Of a DNA stretch of 64,000 bases, positions 48,305 to 57,342 are shown one piece after another. Location: IMG/VR virus record IMGVR_UViG_3300046808_001241, positions 62,001 through 126,000 of that record. One strand, given 5' to 3'. The notes beneath the pieces are model-generated. The model searched no databases. It saw nothing but the letters and a program-made list of their open reading frames with translations, and was not told the origin of the DNA. Made by a program: the position numbers and the translations under genes. Each line of letters opens with the position of its first letter. Within the stretch, counting starts at the first letter, position 1.

Positions 48305-49060
48305 ATGTCTTGCTTAATCAAAAACATTCCAAATAGTGCTAAAGTTCTTTATGGAACTGGTAACAAAGGTTTGTTCTTTCCTTTAGTTCCTATTTGCGAG
48401 ACTATTGATCAGCCGGAAGCTCCTCCTCCAGAAGAATGTTATCTTGCAGTAGAGTTGGGAAATCTGACATCAAATGCTTCTGATCCTTGTTATGGAACAC
48501 ACGAGAGAGTTTGGAACTGGGAATCAAATGTATGTGGCCATTCTTCAGACGTAGTTACTTGGGAGAATACTAATAACAATCAGTCTTTAGCAAAACAATG
48601 GATTGACTGCTTTGGAGATTATAACTTAGATTGGTCATGGAAGGAAAGAAAGTGTGCTTCCCTTGTACAAACAAAATGGAAAGATACAAAATGTTCTGCT
48701 TCTTATGCTAAAACATGGAAAGAAAGACCATTAATTTGTTTTGAAAAACATAATCTAGAGTGGCAATGGAAAGCAAGAGAGTGTACAGACAATTCAACAA
48801 CAATGGTTAAATGGAAGGATGCAGAGTGCTCTGGAACATATAACAAAAAATGGAAGTATGAAGCTCCAGACCCTGTAGAAGAATTGACAGACGACGAAAT
48901 TCTTTTAGAATTATTAAATCCAGTTACTGATAATGATTACAGAATTCAAGCTCCTTGCGTTGAAATTGATTTCTGTTATATTGCTTTAGAAGAAGATGGA
49001 GTAACATCAATTGATCAACAAGAAACAAATGATGTTTTCTTAACCGACTGCCTTGCATAA
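48305..49060 (+). CDS. Trp/Cys-repeat hypothetical virion protein
   Basis: Three W.W....C......W....C.....K.W units. Confidence 0.55.
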   Translation: MSCLIKNIPNSAKVLYGTGNKGLFFPLVPICETIDQPEAPPPEECYLAVELGNLTSNASDPCYGTHERVWNWESNVCGHSSDVVTWENTNNNQSLAKQWIDCFGDYNLDWSWKERKCASLVQTKWKDTKCSASYAKTWKERPLICFEKHNLEWQWKARECTDNSTTMVKWKDAECSGTYNKKWKYEAPDPVEELTDDEILLELLNPVTDNDYRIQAPCVEIDFCYIALEEDGVTSIDQQETNDVFLTDCLA

Positions 49061-49068
49061 ATAAAACT

Positions 49069-49722
49069 ATGTCCTGTGTTGATCTAGCATATATTTCAAA
49101 TGAAGAGTGTATAGGTAATTCTTTATCTTCGATTAATGGAAACTTTGCAGCTCTTTCTGCAGCTGTTTGTGACCTTAGTGGAGGACCATCATCTTCTGAT
49201 TTGCTTACTCTTATCAACACACTAAGTACAAATATGCAAAACATTGGAAATTATCCTTATTTGGAGTATGCTTGGGTGACTGCTCCTAATGCTGCTGGTC
49301 AAACTATTACAGCAAACACCAGTGCTGTATTAACACTAAATACAGAAGTAGCTGACTCTGGAAACTTTGGATCTTTAGCTTCTAGTCAAATTACTCTTTC
49401 TGCAGGAACATATCAGTACGACATCGACACGAACATAGTAGCAGTATTAAATTCAATTAATCCAGGAGTAATAATCGGTATTTGGAACAACAATTCATCT
49501 AATTGGATAACACGTAGAGGCAGGTCAATTTATTCAGGTTTGGATGGTCCGATTTTCGGATTAAAAGGGCAATTTACTATTGCAGCTGAATCGATCATAG
49601 ACCTTAGATTAATTCCCACAACAAGCATCATAATTCATTCTTGTGGATACCAGGCCAGTTTTACAAACTCGACAGCAAATGCTGACCAACGAACAACAAT
49701 CAAACTCTGGAAAGTAGGTTAA
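49069..49722 (+). CDS. short fibre/adhesin-like protein
   Basis: ECIGNSL..INGNF..L N-terminus; C1q/jelly-roll-like LSAGTY C-terminus; followed by a chaperone gene. Confidence 0.6.
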   Translation: MSCVDLAYISNEECIGNSLSSINGNFAALSAAVCDLSGGPSSSDLLTLINTLSTNMQNIGNYPYLEYAWVTAPNAAGQTITANTSAVLTLNTEVADSGNFGSLASSQITLSAGTYQYDIDTNIVAVLNSINPGVIIGIWNNNSSNWITRRGRSIYSGLDGPIFGLKGQFTIAAESIIDLRLIPTTSIIIHSCGYQASFTNSTANADQRTTIKLWKVG

Positions 49723-49723
49723 T

Positions 49724-50077
49724 ATGATCACACAAGCTCATATCGAAACAATTTTAGGAGCAGCCTTATCAAATCTCGGTCATCCAATCGGAAACGCTGC
49801 TTTCTGGCAAGAACATATCAAAGGAACAAATGTTACTGAAAAGCAAATATTTGAGGAATGTGAAAGACTCTTAAAAGAACAACAAGGAATTTCTACTACG
49901 ATGGATTCTGTTAGACAAAAAAGAGATGCTCTTCTTAAAGAATCTGATTGGGTTGGCCTTACCGATGCTGTTGTTAAGACCAAAGAAGCTTGGTTAAGTT
50001 ATCGTCAAGCTCTTAGAGATCTTCCAAGTACTTTTAAAACTCCTGAAGAAGTAGTTTGGCCAAATAAACCTCAGTAA
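49724..50077 (+). CDS. tail fibre assembly chaperone
   Basis: R.KRD.LL..SDW...W..YRQALRDLP..WP motif. Confidence 0.85.
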   Translation: MITQAHIETILGAALSNLGHPIGNAAFWQEHIKGTNVTEKQIFEECERLLKEQQGISTTMDSVRQKRDALLKESDWVGLTDAVVKTKEAWLSYRQALRDLPSTFKTPEEVVWPNKPQ

Positions 50078-50085
50078 ATAACTTT

Positions 50086-50295
50086 ATGTCTTGTGTTGAT
50101 TTAAAATTCATTTCCAGCAAAGAGTGCATGGGAAATTCTTTGTCCTCTATCAATGGAAACTTTGCAGCTCTTTCAAGTGCTGTTTGTAACTTTAATGTAA
50201 TTGATAGCTCTTCAGTAGATCTTACCTTTGATTCTATGACAAGAACACTAAGTGCAGATGTTGACACTATTACAGATGCAATAATTTTTGGATAA
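50086..50295 (+). CDS. short paralogue of the 49069 fibre N-terminus
   Basis: MSCVDL.FIS..EC.GNSLSSINGNFAALS.AVC fused to one DLTFD..TRTLSADV unit. Confidence 0.6.
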   Translation: MSCVDLKFISSKECMGNSLSSINGNFAALSSAVCNFNVIDSSSVDLTFDSMTRTLSADVDTITDAIIFG

Positions 50296-50303
50296 ATTAA
50301 TAT

Positions 50304-50939
50304 ATGAAATCTATACTTTCTACAAACCCAACTTTCACACCAGGTGCTGCAAACGTCGGAACTCTTAACTTTTCAGCTATTAACGGATTTCAAATCAATG
50401 GCCTTTTAGCAGTATTGAATCAGACCAGAGGAACCCTTCTTTATGCTACCGGAAAACAACCAACTGGATATTTTAGTTGGAACAGTGGAACAAAAGTAAT
50501 GACTTTAAAGGTAGACACCTCTGCTCATTCTTCTGGGGATCAATTGCAATGTATTTATGATTCCCCCTCACTGGCAGCAAGTAACGATACTCTTCTAATT
50601 CATAGAGCATTTACAACAGCCTCCACGAATGCAACTGTTGTTACTGCATCTCCTGCATATATCAAGTCCGTGTATTTACAAAAAAGTATTGCATCATCAG
50701 AAAACACATATTTAAAAATATACAACAAAAGTAGCTTGCCGGTTCCGTCGGTCGATACTCCAATTCTGACCCACTACCAATATACTATTTACGAAAATTC
50801 AGCTTATATCTTACCTGCCAATGGATTTTTAGCATCAAACGGAATTGGGTATGTGGTAACTAAAGGAATAGCCGATACAAACACAACAGCAACTGTAGCA
50901 AACGAAGCAATTATTACAATCCTTTATACACTAGCTTAA
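50304..50939 (+). CDS. hypothetical virion protein
   Basis: 211-aa beta-rich, T/S/A-rich ORF within the fibre array. Confidence 0.55.
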   Translation: MKSILSTNPTFTPGAANVGTLNFSAINGFQINGLLAVLNQTRGTLLYATGKQPTGYFSWNSGTKVMTLKVDTSAHSSGDQLQCIYDSPSLAASNDTLLIHRAFTTASTNATVVTASPAYIKSVYLQKSIASSENTYLKIYNKSSLPVPSVDTPILTHYQYTIYENSAYILPANGFLASNGIGYVVTKGIADTNTTATVANEAIITILYTLA

Positions 50940-50940
50940 T

Positions 50941-51129
50941 ATGAAACTTATTATCAAAAAAACAAACGATGAGCGTTGGGATTTTGTAGCCGATGCTCTT
51001 AAAGGCGAAACTGGTGTTATCACAGCAACTGAGATTAGAAACGGCATTGTCCACTACAACGCAAACTTTCCAGTATATGGTGGATTGTTTGTAGGAATTC
51101 CTGCTTCTGTTGTAGAAGTGGTTGAATAA
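50941..51129 (+). CDS. small hypothetical protein
   Basis: 62-aa operonic ORF. Confidence 0.5.
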   Translation: MKLIIKKTNDERWDFVADALKGETGVITATEIRNGIVHYNANFPVYGGLFVGIPASVVEVVE

Positions 51130-51137
51130 ATAACATC

Positions 51138-52313
51138 ATGGCTGGACCTACAAGAATTTCAGAACTAAGTGACGGATCACCCGTTCAACCAACAGATCAA
51201 GTTCCTGTTGCAAGAGGATCTGGTGCAACTGGCTATACATATAAAGTAAATGCTGGAAGAATTGTTTCGGATCTTTTTAATGTAGGAAACAGTTCAACGG
51301 TTGATTTGACTTTTGATACTTCTACAAGGACTTTGTGCGCTGCTGCTAATATTCCTGAAGCTTCTGTGAATGTAGTTGATAGTCCTACTATTGATTTAGA
51401 TTGGAATGCTTCTACTAGGACTCTTTCTGCAGATGTTTCTACAGCTGTTAGAAATGCTTCTGCTTTTAATGTAGTAGGTAGTCCAACTATTGATTTAGAT
51501 TGGAATGCTTCTACAAGGACTCTGAGTGCAGAAGTAATTGGTTCTTTTTGTTTTAGAAACAAACTTATCAACGCTCAAGGTCTTATTAATCAAAGAGGCT
51601 ACATCTCTGGAACAGCCACTACTCAAGCAAATCAATATACAGTAGATCGTTGGAGAGTAGTTACCTCTGGCCAGAATTTAGTATTTTCTACATCCCAGAA
51701 CATAGTTACTTTTACAGCTCCTGCAGGAGGAGTAGAGCAGGTAGTAGAAGGATTGAATGTAGAAAGTGGAACTTATGTTTTAAACTGGACTGGAACAGCT
51801 ACTGCTGCAGTAAATGGAACAGCAAGAACAAAAGGAGCAACGTTTTCTTTAACAGGAGGATCAAACGTTACTGTAAGATTTTCTAGCGGAACTTTTTCAT
51901 TGCCTCAGCTTGAAAAAGGAAACGTTTCTACTGCTTTTGAATACAGACCAATTGGAACAGAGTTGGCTTTGTGTCAGAGGTATTATTCTAAAAGTTATCC
52001 TTTAGAAGTGCCCGTTGGGGCTATTAGTAGCGATGGTATTGTAAATTGGAGGTCCACATACAATGCAGCAAACGGGGATTTTAATTCTGTCGAATTCAAA
52101 GTTACCATGAGGGCTAAGCCTCAAGTTTCTTTGTATTCCCCTCACGCACTTAACGTCATAAACAGATGGTACGATTACACGTTAGGCGATGGCTCGACAA
52201 CACGAGACGTGCTAGCCCAACATATTGGCTCTAATGGCTTTATGGCAAGAATGAATAATGTTCCTGTTAACCATTCTGTAGGCGGGAACTGGACAGCAGA
52301 TGCAGAACTCTAA
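51138..52313 (+). CDS. tail fibre protein
   Basis: ISEL.DG..PVARG start, 33-aa repeats, RN.LIN....INQRG..YT.DRW, QLE.G..T.FEYRP...EL.LCQRYY. Confidence 0.85.
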   Translation: MAGPTRISELSDGSPVQPTDQVPVARGSGATGYTYKVNAGRIVSDLFNVGNSSTVDLTFDTSTRTLCAAANIPEASVNVVDSPTIDLDWNASTRTLSADVSTAVRNASAFNVVGSPTIDLDWNASTRTLSAEVIGSFCFRNKLINAQGLINQRGYISGTATTQANQYTVDRWRVVTSGQNLVFSTSQNIVTFTAPAGGVEQVVEGLNVESGTYVLNWTGTATAAVNGTARTKGATFSLTGGSNVTVRFSSGTFSLPQLEKGNVSTAFEYRPIGTELALCQRYYSKSYPLEVPVGAISSDGIVNWRSTYNAANGDFNSVEFKVTMRAKPQVSLYSPHALNVINRWYDYTLGDGSTTRDVLAQHIGSNGFMARMNNVPVNHSVGGNWTADAEL

Positions 52314-53046
52314 TCTTATGAAAACTTATATTGATCACGATTCTACAATTCATTTTGAAGGTCTTTGGATTCCAAAAGATCCCTCTAACAGACACTATGC
52401 TCAATTCCTGCAAGAAGTAACAGAAGGAAATGCTAAATTAATTCCTTATGTTCCTCCTGCTCCTACTTGGGAACAGATTAGAGCAAAAAGAGATGGTTTA
52501 TTAAAAGACTCTGATTGGGCTGTTGCAGGAGATGCTAATCCAAAGCCTTCCAAAGAAGCATGGCTAGCTTATCGTCAGACTCTAAGAGACATTCCTAGCA
52601 CTTTTAAAACTCCTGAAGAAGTAGTCTGGCCAAAGGTTCCTAATAAATAACATCATGGCTGGAGTAAAAATTTCCCAATTACAAGACGGAGGAGCTCTTC
52701 AACCAACAGATGCTTTTCCAGTAGCTCGTGGATCATTTACAAGAAAGATTGCTGGATCAGAGCTTTTAACTCCCACAAACTTTAATGTAGCAGATAGTCC
52801 AACAATAAATTTAAATTGGGATAGCACTACTAGGACTCTTTCTGCAGATGTTTCTACAGCTGTTAAAGAAGCTTCTGCTTTTAATGTAGTGGATAGCTCT
52901 ACTATTGACTTGAATTGGAATGCTTCTACAAGAACTCTTTCTGCTGATGTTTCTACAGCTGTTAAAGAAGCTTCTGCTTTTAATGTTGTAGATAGCTCTA
53001 CTATTGATTTAGACTGGAATGCTTCTACGAGGACTTTAAGTGCAGG
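51320..53046 (+). repeat. 99-nt (33-aa) repeats shared by two fibre genes (about 51320-51540 and 52780-53046)
   Basis: VVDS(S/P)TIDL(D/N)WNASTRTLSADVSTAV(K/R)(E/N)ASAFN; near-identical DNA. Confidence 0.85.
52318..52650 (+). CDS. tail fibre assembly chaperone
   Basis: IP.DP.N.HY, KRD.LL..SDW, AYRQ.LRDIP. Confidence 0.85.
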   Translation: MKTYIDHDSTIHFEGLWIPKDPSNRHYAQFLQEVTEGNAKLIPYVPPAPTWEQIRAKRDGLLKDSDWAVAGDANPKPSKEAWLAYRQTLRDIPSTFKTPEEVVWPKVPNK

Positions 53047-53500
53047 AATTCAAAATGGTTTTATTTTTGTTCCTGTATTTGATCCCGTAACTACTACTAA
53101 CTGCGGAGTAGATGGTATAAATGTAATTAACTATTCGGTTACTGGACCAACTAATAGTACGGACTTTACAGGTGCAACACAGACAGCTACTTTGACGCCT
53201 CCGTCTAATGCCTACGTGGCTTTAATTAAAGTTGAAATAAACTGCAACACAAACGATAGTTCAACCACTGGAGGTGTCAATTTGTATTTTAGAAAAAATA
53301 GTTCAGATCCTTGGAGACTTGGACTTTCAACAGAAACTCTAACATATACCATAGAAGCAAATGAAACAGCAGTATTTCCTATAATCTTTAATTACAGCAC
53401 AAAAACTTTTCAAGCTTACTTATATCACAATAAAAACTCAACCGCTTCCTCACCGAAGTACACATTCAGTGTAGGGGTGTTAGGTTATTTTATAAAATAA
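52655..53500 (+). CDS. tail fibre protein (paralogue of 51138 with a different C-terminus)
   Basis: Shared N-terminus and repeats; distinct beta-sandwich tip. Confidence 0.75.
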   Translation: MAGVKISQLQDGGALQPTDAFPVARGSFTRKIAGSELLTPTNFNVADSPTINLNWDSTTRTLSADVSTAVKEASAFNVVDSSTIDLNWNASTRTLSADVSTAVKEASAFNVVDSSTIDLDWNASTRTLSAGIQNGFIFVPVFDPVTTTNCGVDGINVINYSVTGPTNSTDFTGATQTATLTPPSNAYVALIKVEINCNTNDSSTTGGVNLYFRKNSSDPWRLGLSTETLTYTIEANETAVFPIIFNYSTKTFQAYLYHNKNSTASSPKYTFSVGVLGYFIK

Positions 53501-53829
53501 TGAAAACTTATTACGACATAAATGAATATAAAATAAAGTTAGGCAAAAGATGTATTCCTAAAAAAACAGATCATTGGGATTATATCCAATTCCTCCAAGA
53601 ACTTGAAAAAGGAGAAGCAGAACTCGTTCCTTATGTTGCTCCTGCTCCTACTTGGGAACAAATTAGATCTCAAAGAGATGCTCTTCTAAAAGACTCCGAT
53701 TGGTCTGTAGCAGGAGACGCTACTCCAAAGCCTTCTAAAGAAGCTTGGCTAACCTACAGACAAGCTCTAAGAGACATTCCAACTACTTTTAAAACTCCGG
53801 AAGAAGTAGTTTGGCCAAAAAAGCCCTAA
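53500..53829 (+). CDS. tail fibre assembly chaperone
   Basis: QRDALL.DSDW..W..YRQALRDIP..WP. Confidence 0.85.
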   Translation: MKTYYDINEYKIKLGKRCIPKKTDHWDYIQFLQELEKGEAELVPYVAPAPTWEQIRSQRDALLKDSDWSVAGDATPKPSKEAWLTYRQALRDIPTTFKTPEEVVWPKKP

Positions 53830-53848
53830 CTGCTTAATTGCTTTTCTG

Positions 53849-54775
53849 TTAAATAAAAAGGTTTTTAAATTCTAAAAAGTTGTTATCAACTACTCTGATG
53901 TATTGATACCCGTGTTGTAAACAAGCCTGTTTTTTATTTTCTGTTTGTTTATCTTGCTGTTCGGTATACCCGGATTTAATTTCAACTATCAAATTTAATT
54001 TTGGAACATAAAAATCTGGATAATATTTTCTGTTGGACCCGCTTTCGTCTTTATAATCAATTGCAAACGGTTCATGCAAAATTTCATTTTCTTCTAATAA
54101 ATTTTCCTTAAAAACAAAATCCAAAAACTGAGGTTCATATCCTTGAATTAGTATTATTTTTCCTGAAGGTAATGTATAACTTTTTGTAGAAGACAAAGAA
54201 GCTTTTTGATTTTTTAAAAAAGGTTGATGTTGAAGAGCATGTTTTACACCATATTTGTCTAGCATTGTAGCAGAAAATTTTTCTCGAAATTCAGATGTTT
54301 TTGAGTATACATCTACTCCATAACGCTCTTTGCATGTTTTCTTTGTTTTTTGTTCTCTTTGCTTTAATTCCTCTTCTGTGATTGAAGACCAGTAATCATG
54401 TAATTTGTCCTTTGCGTGTTCAGACATACAAACATACTCAGTACCGTATTTTTCCAAACAAGTATTTTTTCTTTTTTCTGGTGATATATTAGTTATGTTT
54501 GTAACTCCGTACTTCTTTTCAATTCCTTTTATTTGACACTTTTTACAGCAATAAGAAAGATATTTCCCTTTTGGAGGACTCCAATAAGAAGGTCCTGAAC
54601 AAGATAGACAAATACCGTCTGTACTTTTTTTATAAAAAGCATCATAATATTCTTTAGCTAACATTTTATGACTGCTTCTTACATGTTTTATAAGAGATCT
54701 GTTATTTTTGCAAATTCTATTGCATACTTTGCAATCCATCGTATAATACTGATAGCCCATAACAACGTTAGACAC
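53849..54775 (-). mobile_element. free-standing homing endonuclease (PD-(D/E)xK with KYG repeats)
   Basis: C2H2 finger, TC.EKYG repeats, QGYE, YYPDFY......EIKS. Confidence 0.8.
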
Positions 54776-54796
54776 TCCCTTCTTGATTATTTAGGA

Positions 54797-54968
54797 TTAC
54801 AATTTTGCTAAAGATATATTTTATTAAAATTTGGTTTTGCTTTAGAAAAGCCCGTAGATATTTTGTAGAAGAGATCATTGTTAGATTGTAAATATATTTT
54901 ATAGAGGACAGCCAGGTTTTTAGATTGACTGGTTTCTTTAAAGCGCCAACTTTAAAGATTACTCTATA
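54797..54968 (-). ncRNA. candidate structured RNA between gp4 and the homing endonuclease gene
   Basis: Own TAAATA motif at 54972-54977; nested inverted repeats (7-bp closing stem, 9-bp hairpin, CCAG/CUGG stem); no convincing ORF. Confidence 0.35.
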
Positions 54969-55003
54969 CTTTATTTATCTAAATTAATAAAAAATCGACA
55001 AGT

Positions 55004-55453
55004 CTACAAAAAAAGCGACTTTTCAGTCAAAATTACAAACTGGCAATTATGTTTTTTGCTCCAGCTTTCTGCTGCTTGCCATTTTGCTTGATTCTTAACG
55101 TACTCTGCTTGCTGATAAATTAAACTTTTGGTCTTTCTGTTCTTTTGAACTGGAGGAAGAGTTTGAGAATGAGGTTTAATTTCAATAAGAAATTTTTTAA
55201 ACTCCCCTTGTTTGTCTTTCATCTTCGCATAAAAATCAACGAAGTATCTTGAAATTCTTCCAGTCAATGGATTTTGATATGGAATAATTATTTCTTCTGA
55301 AGACCATTCTAAGACGTTAGGATTAAGATCGAAAAAGCGCATTGCTTTAAGCTCCCAACCACTTCTGTACGTTACATTGCGGTTGTTTCCTTTATATTTT
55401 TCAGGATTGATGAGCGTGTAAATTCCTTGTCTGTATTTTGAATTCTTTTTCAA
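55004..55453 (-). CDS. gp4: head completion nuclease (T4 gp4-like)
   Basis: YRS.WE...F.D.NP..LEWSSEE..IPY, YF.DF, IEIKP, N.AKW.AA. Confidence 0.9.
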   Translation of the reverse strand: MKKNSKYRQGIYTLINPEKYKGNNRNVTYRSGWELKAMRFFDLNPNVLEWSSEEIIIPYQNPLTGRISRYFVDFYAKMKDKQGEFKKFLIEIKPHSQTLPPVQKNRKTKSLIYQQAEYVKNQAKWQAAESWSKKHNCQFVILTEKSLFL

Positions 55454-56001
55454 GATTCAATAATTTTTGCAAATAATGCTTCGAACTGAAAAGACTCTTC
55501 GTAAGGTTCTTTTAAAGAAGGTTTAGCAGACAAGTGTTGGTGAATTTGCTCATAAGCATCTTGACCAGCCATTTCAACGTCTTCGGAAGTCAAATCATGA
55601 ATAGCAAGCATTTTAGCAGTGTCTTCTGCAGAAGGATTTTCAAACTTCTTAGGACGGCCTCTAACATCATGTCTATCAACAATTGCCCCGTATTGATAAT
55701 CTGTATCTTCGGATGATTCCCCAAGAGAAAAAACAAGTACCAAATCAACTCCAGGATCGGATTTAACTTTATAAAATACAGAAGCTTCAGTCTTATCCAT
55801 TGTTGGAATAACTGATTTAAATTCGAGATTTGAACTAACTTCAGATTCATTCAAAGATTCATTAGCAGCTTCAGAAGCATAAAGAGCTTTTTGTTGAGCC
55901 TTTGCTTTAGCTTTTGTTAAGGGTTTTTTAGAAAAAGATTTAGAAGAACCTTTTTTGAAAACTTTATAACCAGATCCAGATTTGTGTACAACGTATGGCA
56001 T
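55450..56001 (-). CDS. hypothetical protein with a basic N-terminal motif
   Basis: MPYVVHK..YKV..T..KA..Q.KAL; TAAATA-N5-ATG at 56001. Confidence 0.6.
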   Translation of the reverse strand: MPYVVHKSGSGYKVFKKGSSKSFSKKPLTKAKAKAQQKALYASEAANESLNESEVSSNLEFKSVIPTMDKTEASVFYKVKSDPGVDLVLVFSLGESSEDTDYQYGAIVDRHDVRGRPKKFENPSAEDTAKMLAIHDLTSEDVEMAGQDAYEQIHQHLSAKPSLKEPYEESFQFEALFAKIIES

Positions 56002-56012
56002 AGTATTATTTA

Positions 56013-56291
56013 TCATCTCCAGTCAGCACAAGCAGCTGCGCGAGGACTACCCGGCTTTGCAGTAGAACAACCATGCCTTTTTTTAAACGCCTTCTTGCGT
56101 TTTGTATTACCAGATTTTCCTGTTACTCTTACTCCTTTTTGACCCCAGTGAATTCTTTTGTAAGAACCATCAGGTTGTCTGGCACATTTTGACCATTTTT
56201 TGCCCTTCCGAGTAGAAGCAGCTTTTTTCGTAGGACCTGTGCATTTGCCTGCTTCTTCTAAAATTTCTTCGACGATTAGTTGGAAGTTCAT
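56013..56291 (-). CDS. small basic Cys-containing protein (DUF6321-like)
   Basis: KKW..C, IHWGQ.G, K.RK.F..RH.C, C..W. Confidence 0.6.
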   Translation of the reverse strand: MNFQLIVEEILEEAGKCTGPTKKAASTRKGKKWSKCARQPDGSYKRIHWGQKGVRVTGKSGNTKRKKAFKKRHGCSTAKPGSPRAAACADWR

Positions 56292-56299
56292 AAGAGTAA

Positions 56300-57328
56300 T
56301 TAACAAAAAACGTTTAATAAATTTTGAGCAAATAAGAATGCTGGAACAGCCAATGCAGTCAAAACTCCTATGAAGAACTGAGCTGGCAGGTTGTCCTGAT
56401 ACGAATTCATCAGCTCTTGTTCAAGAAGTTCTTTTTCTTTAAGACCTTGCTGATAGAAATCTGCATAGTTGATTGTGCCTCCACCAAACATGTTGGTACC
56501 AACAAATTTACCTCTAACCGACCCAATTGCAATCTTTGTCAAAGCTAAAGCATATTTCTGAACCCAACGTTCGCGGATTAAATCTTTAATTGGCCGTTCA
56601 ACATAGCACCCGACAACTCCAAGATATGTATGAGTGTCGCGAGGCTCAGGAATAATTCTAAGTAACTGAGTTCTTGGATCAAATCTAAACTGATCCTGCA
56701 TTGCAAGAACTTTATTTCTTGTGTCAATAAATCCTTTTAAAACTTCCCAAGTAATTAGATCAAAACCAAAGTTCCCGATCATATAGCTAGAATATATTTG
56801 ACTTGCCATTGCTTGCTCTAAAGTAAACAAAGTATTAATACCTGTATCTTCTCCTTTGGAAAATTCAAAACAATCCATGACCTTACGAAAAGAAGCCATG
56901 TCATAATCGTAATCTAGATCATCTTTTGCTGTACATTCAGCAGACAACGTAGGATTGGAAGCATCCCACTCAGCACTTAAAGCTGGAGTAGGGCATTCAC
57001 ATCCTGAAACAGTAGCTGTTGAGCTAGCTAGTGACTTTTGTTTTGAAATTAATTGATCCGATTTATTGAACAAATCATCTACTTTAATTCCAACTCCAGG
57101 GACATAGAGTCTAGAATCAAAAATGAGATATTCTTCGGTATAACCAGCCCATTTAGTAAAGTATTCTATAGCATCAGTTATGTTGTCGTAGATTTGCTCA
57201 TCAGAGATTTCCAGATTAACTAATGGGGCTCCAAGTTGTCGTTGAATACGAACAGAAAGATCCTCATATGAAGTAACTTGAGGATTTAATGTAGTTCCTC
57301 CTCTATAGCCTGGTGGTAATACTGACAT
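56300..57328 (-). CDS. gp13: neck protein
   Basis: RQLGAP.V.LEI...QI.D.I..A.EYF, W...YAL.L.K..G..RGKF....GG..IN, P..FFIG. Confidence 0.85.
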   Translation of the reverse strand: MSVLPPGYRGGTTLNPQVTSYEDLSVRIQRQLGAPLVNLEISDEQIYDNITDAIEYFTKWAGYTEEYLIFDSRLYVPGVGIKVDDLFNKSDQLISKQKSLASSTATVSGCECPTPALSAEWDASNPTLSAECTAKDDLDYDYDMASFRKVMDCFEFSKGEDTGINTLFTLEQAMASQIYSSYMIGNFGFDLITWEVLKGFIDTRNKVLAMQDQFRFDPRTQLLRIIPEPRDTHTYLGVVGCYVERPIKDLIRERWVQKYALALTKIAIGSVRGKFVGTNMFGGGTINYADFYQQGLKEKELLEQELMNSYQDNLPAQFFIGVLTALAVPAFLFAQNLLNVFC

Positions 57329-57342
57329 ATAGATTATTTAAT

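Noticed and set aside
51320-53829. Repeats in the fibre array as a diversity-generating retroelement
   Set aside because: No reverse transcriptase in the window; mismatches are mostly synonymous and not adenine-specific
54900-54968. Three-way junction as a hammerhead ribozyme
   Set aside because: GAAAC and GUC are present but the CUGANGA core is missing
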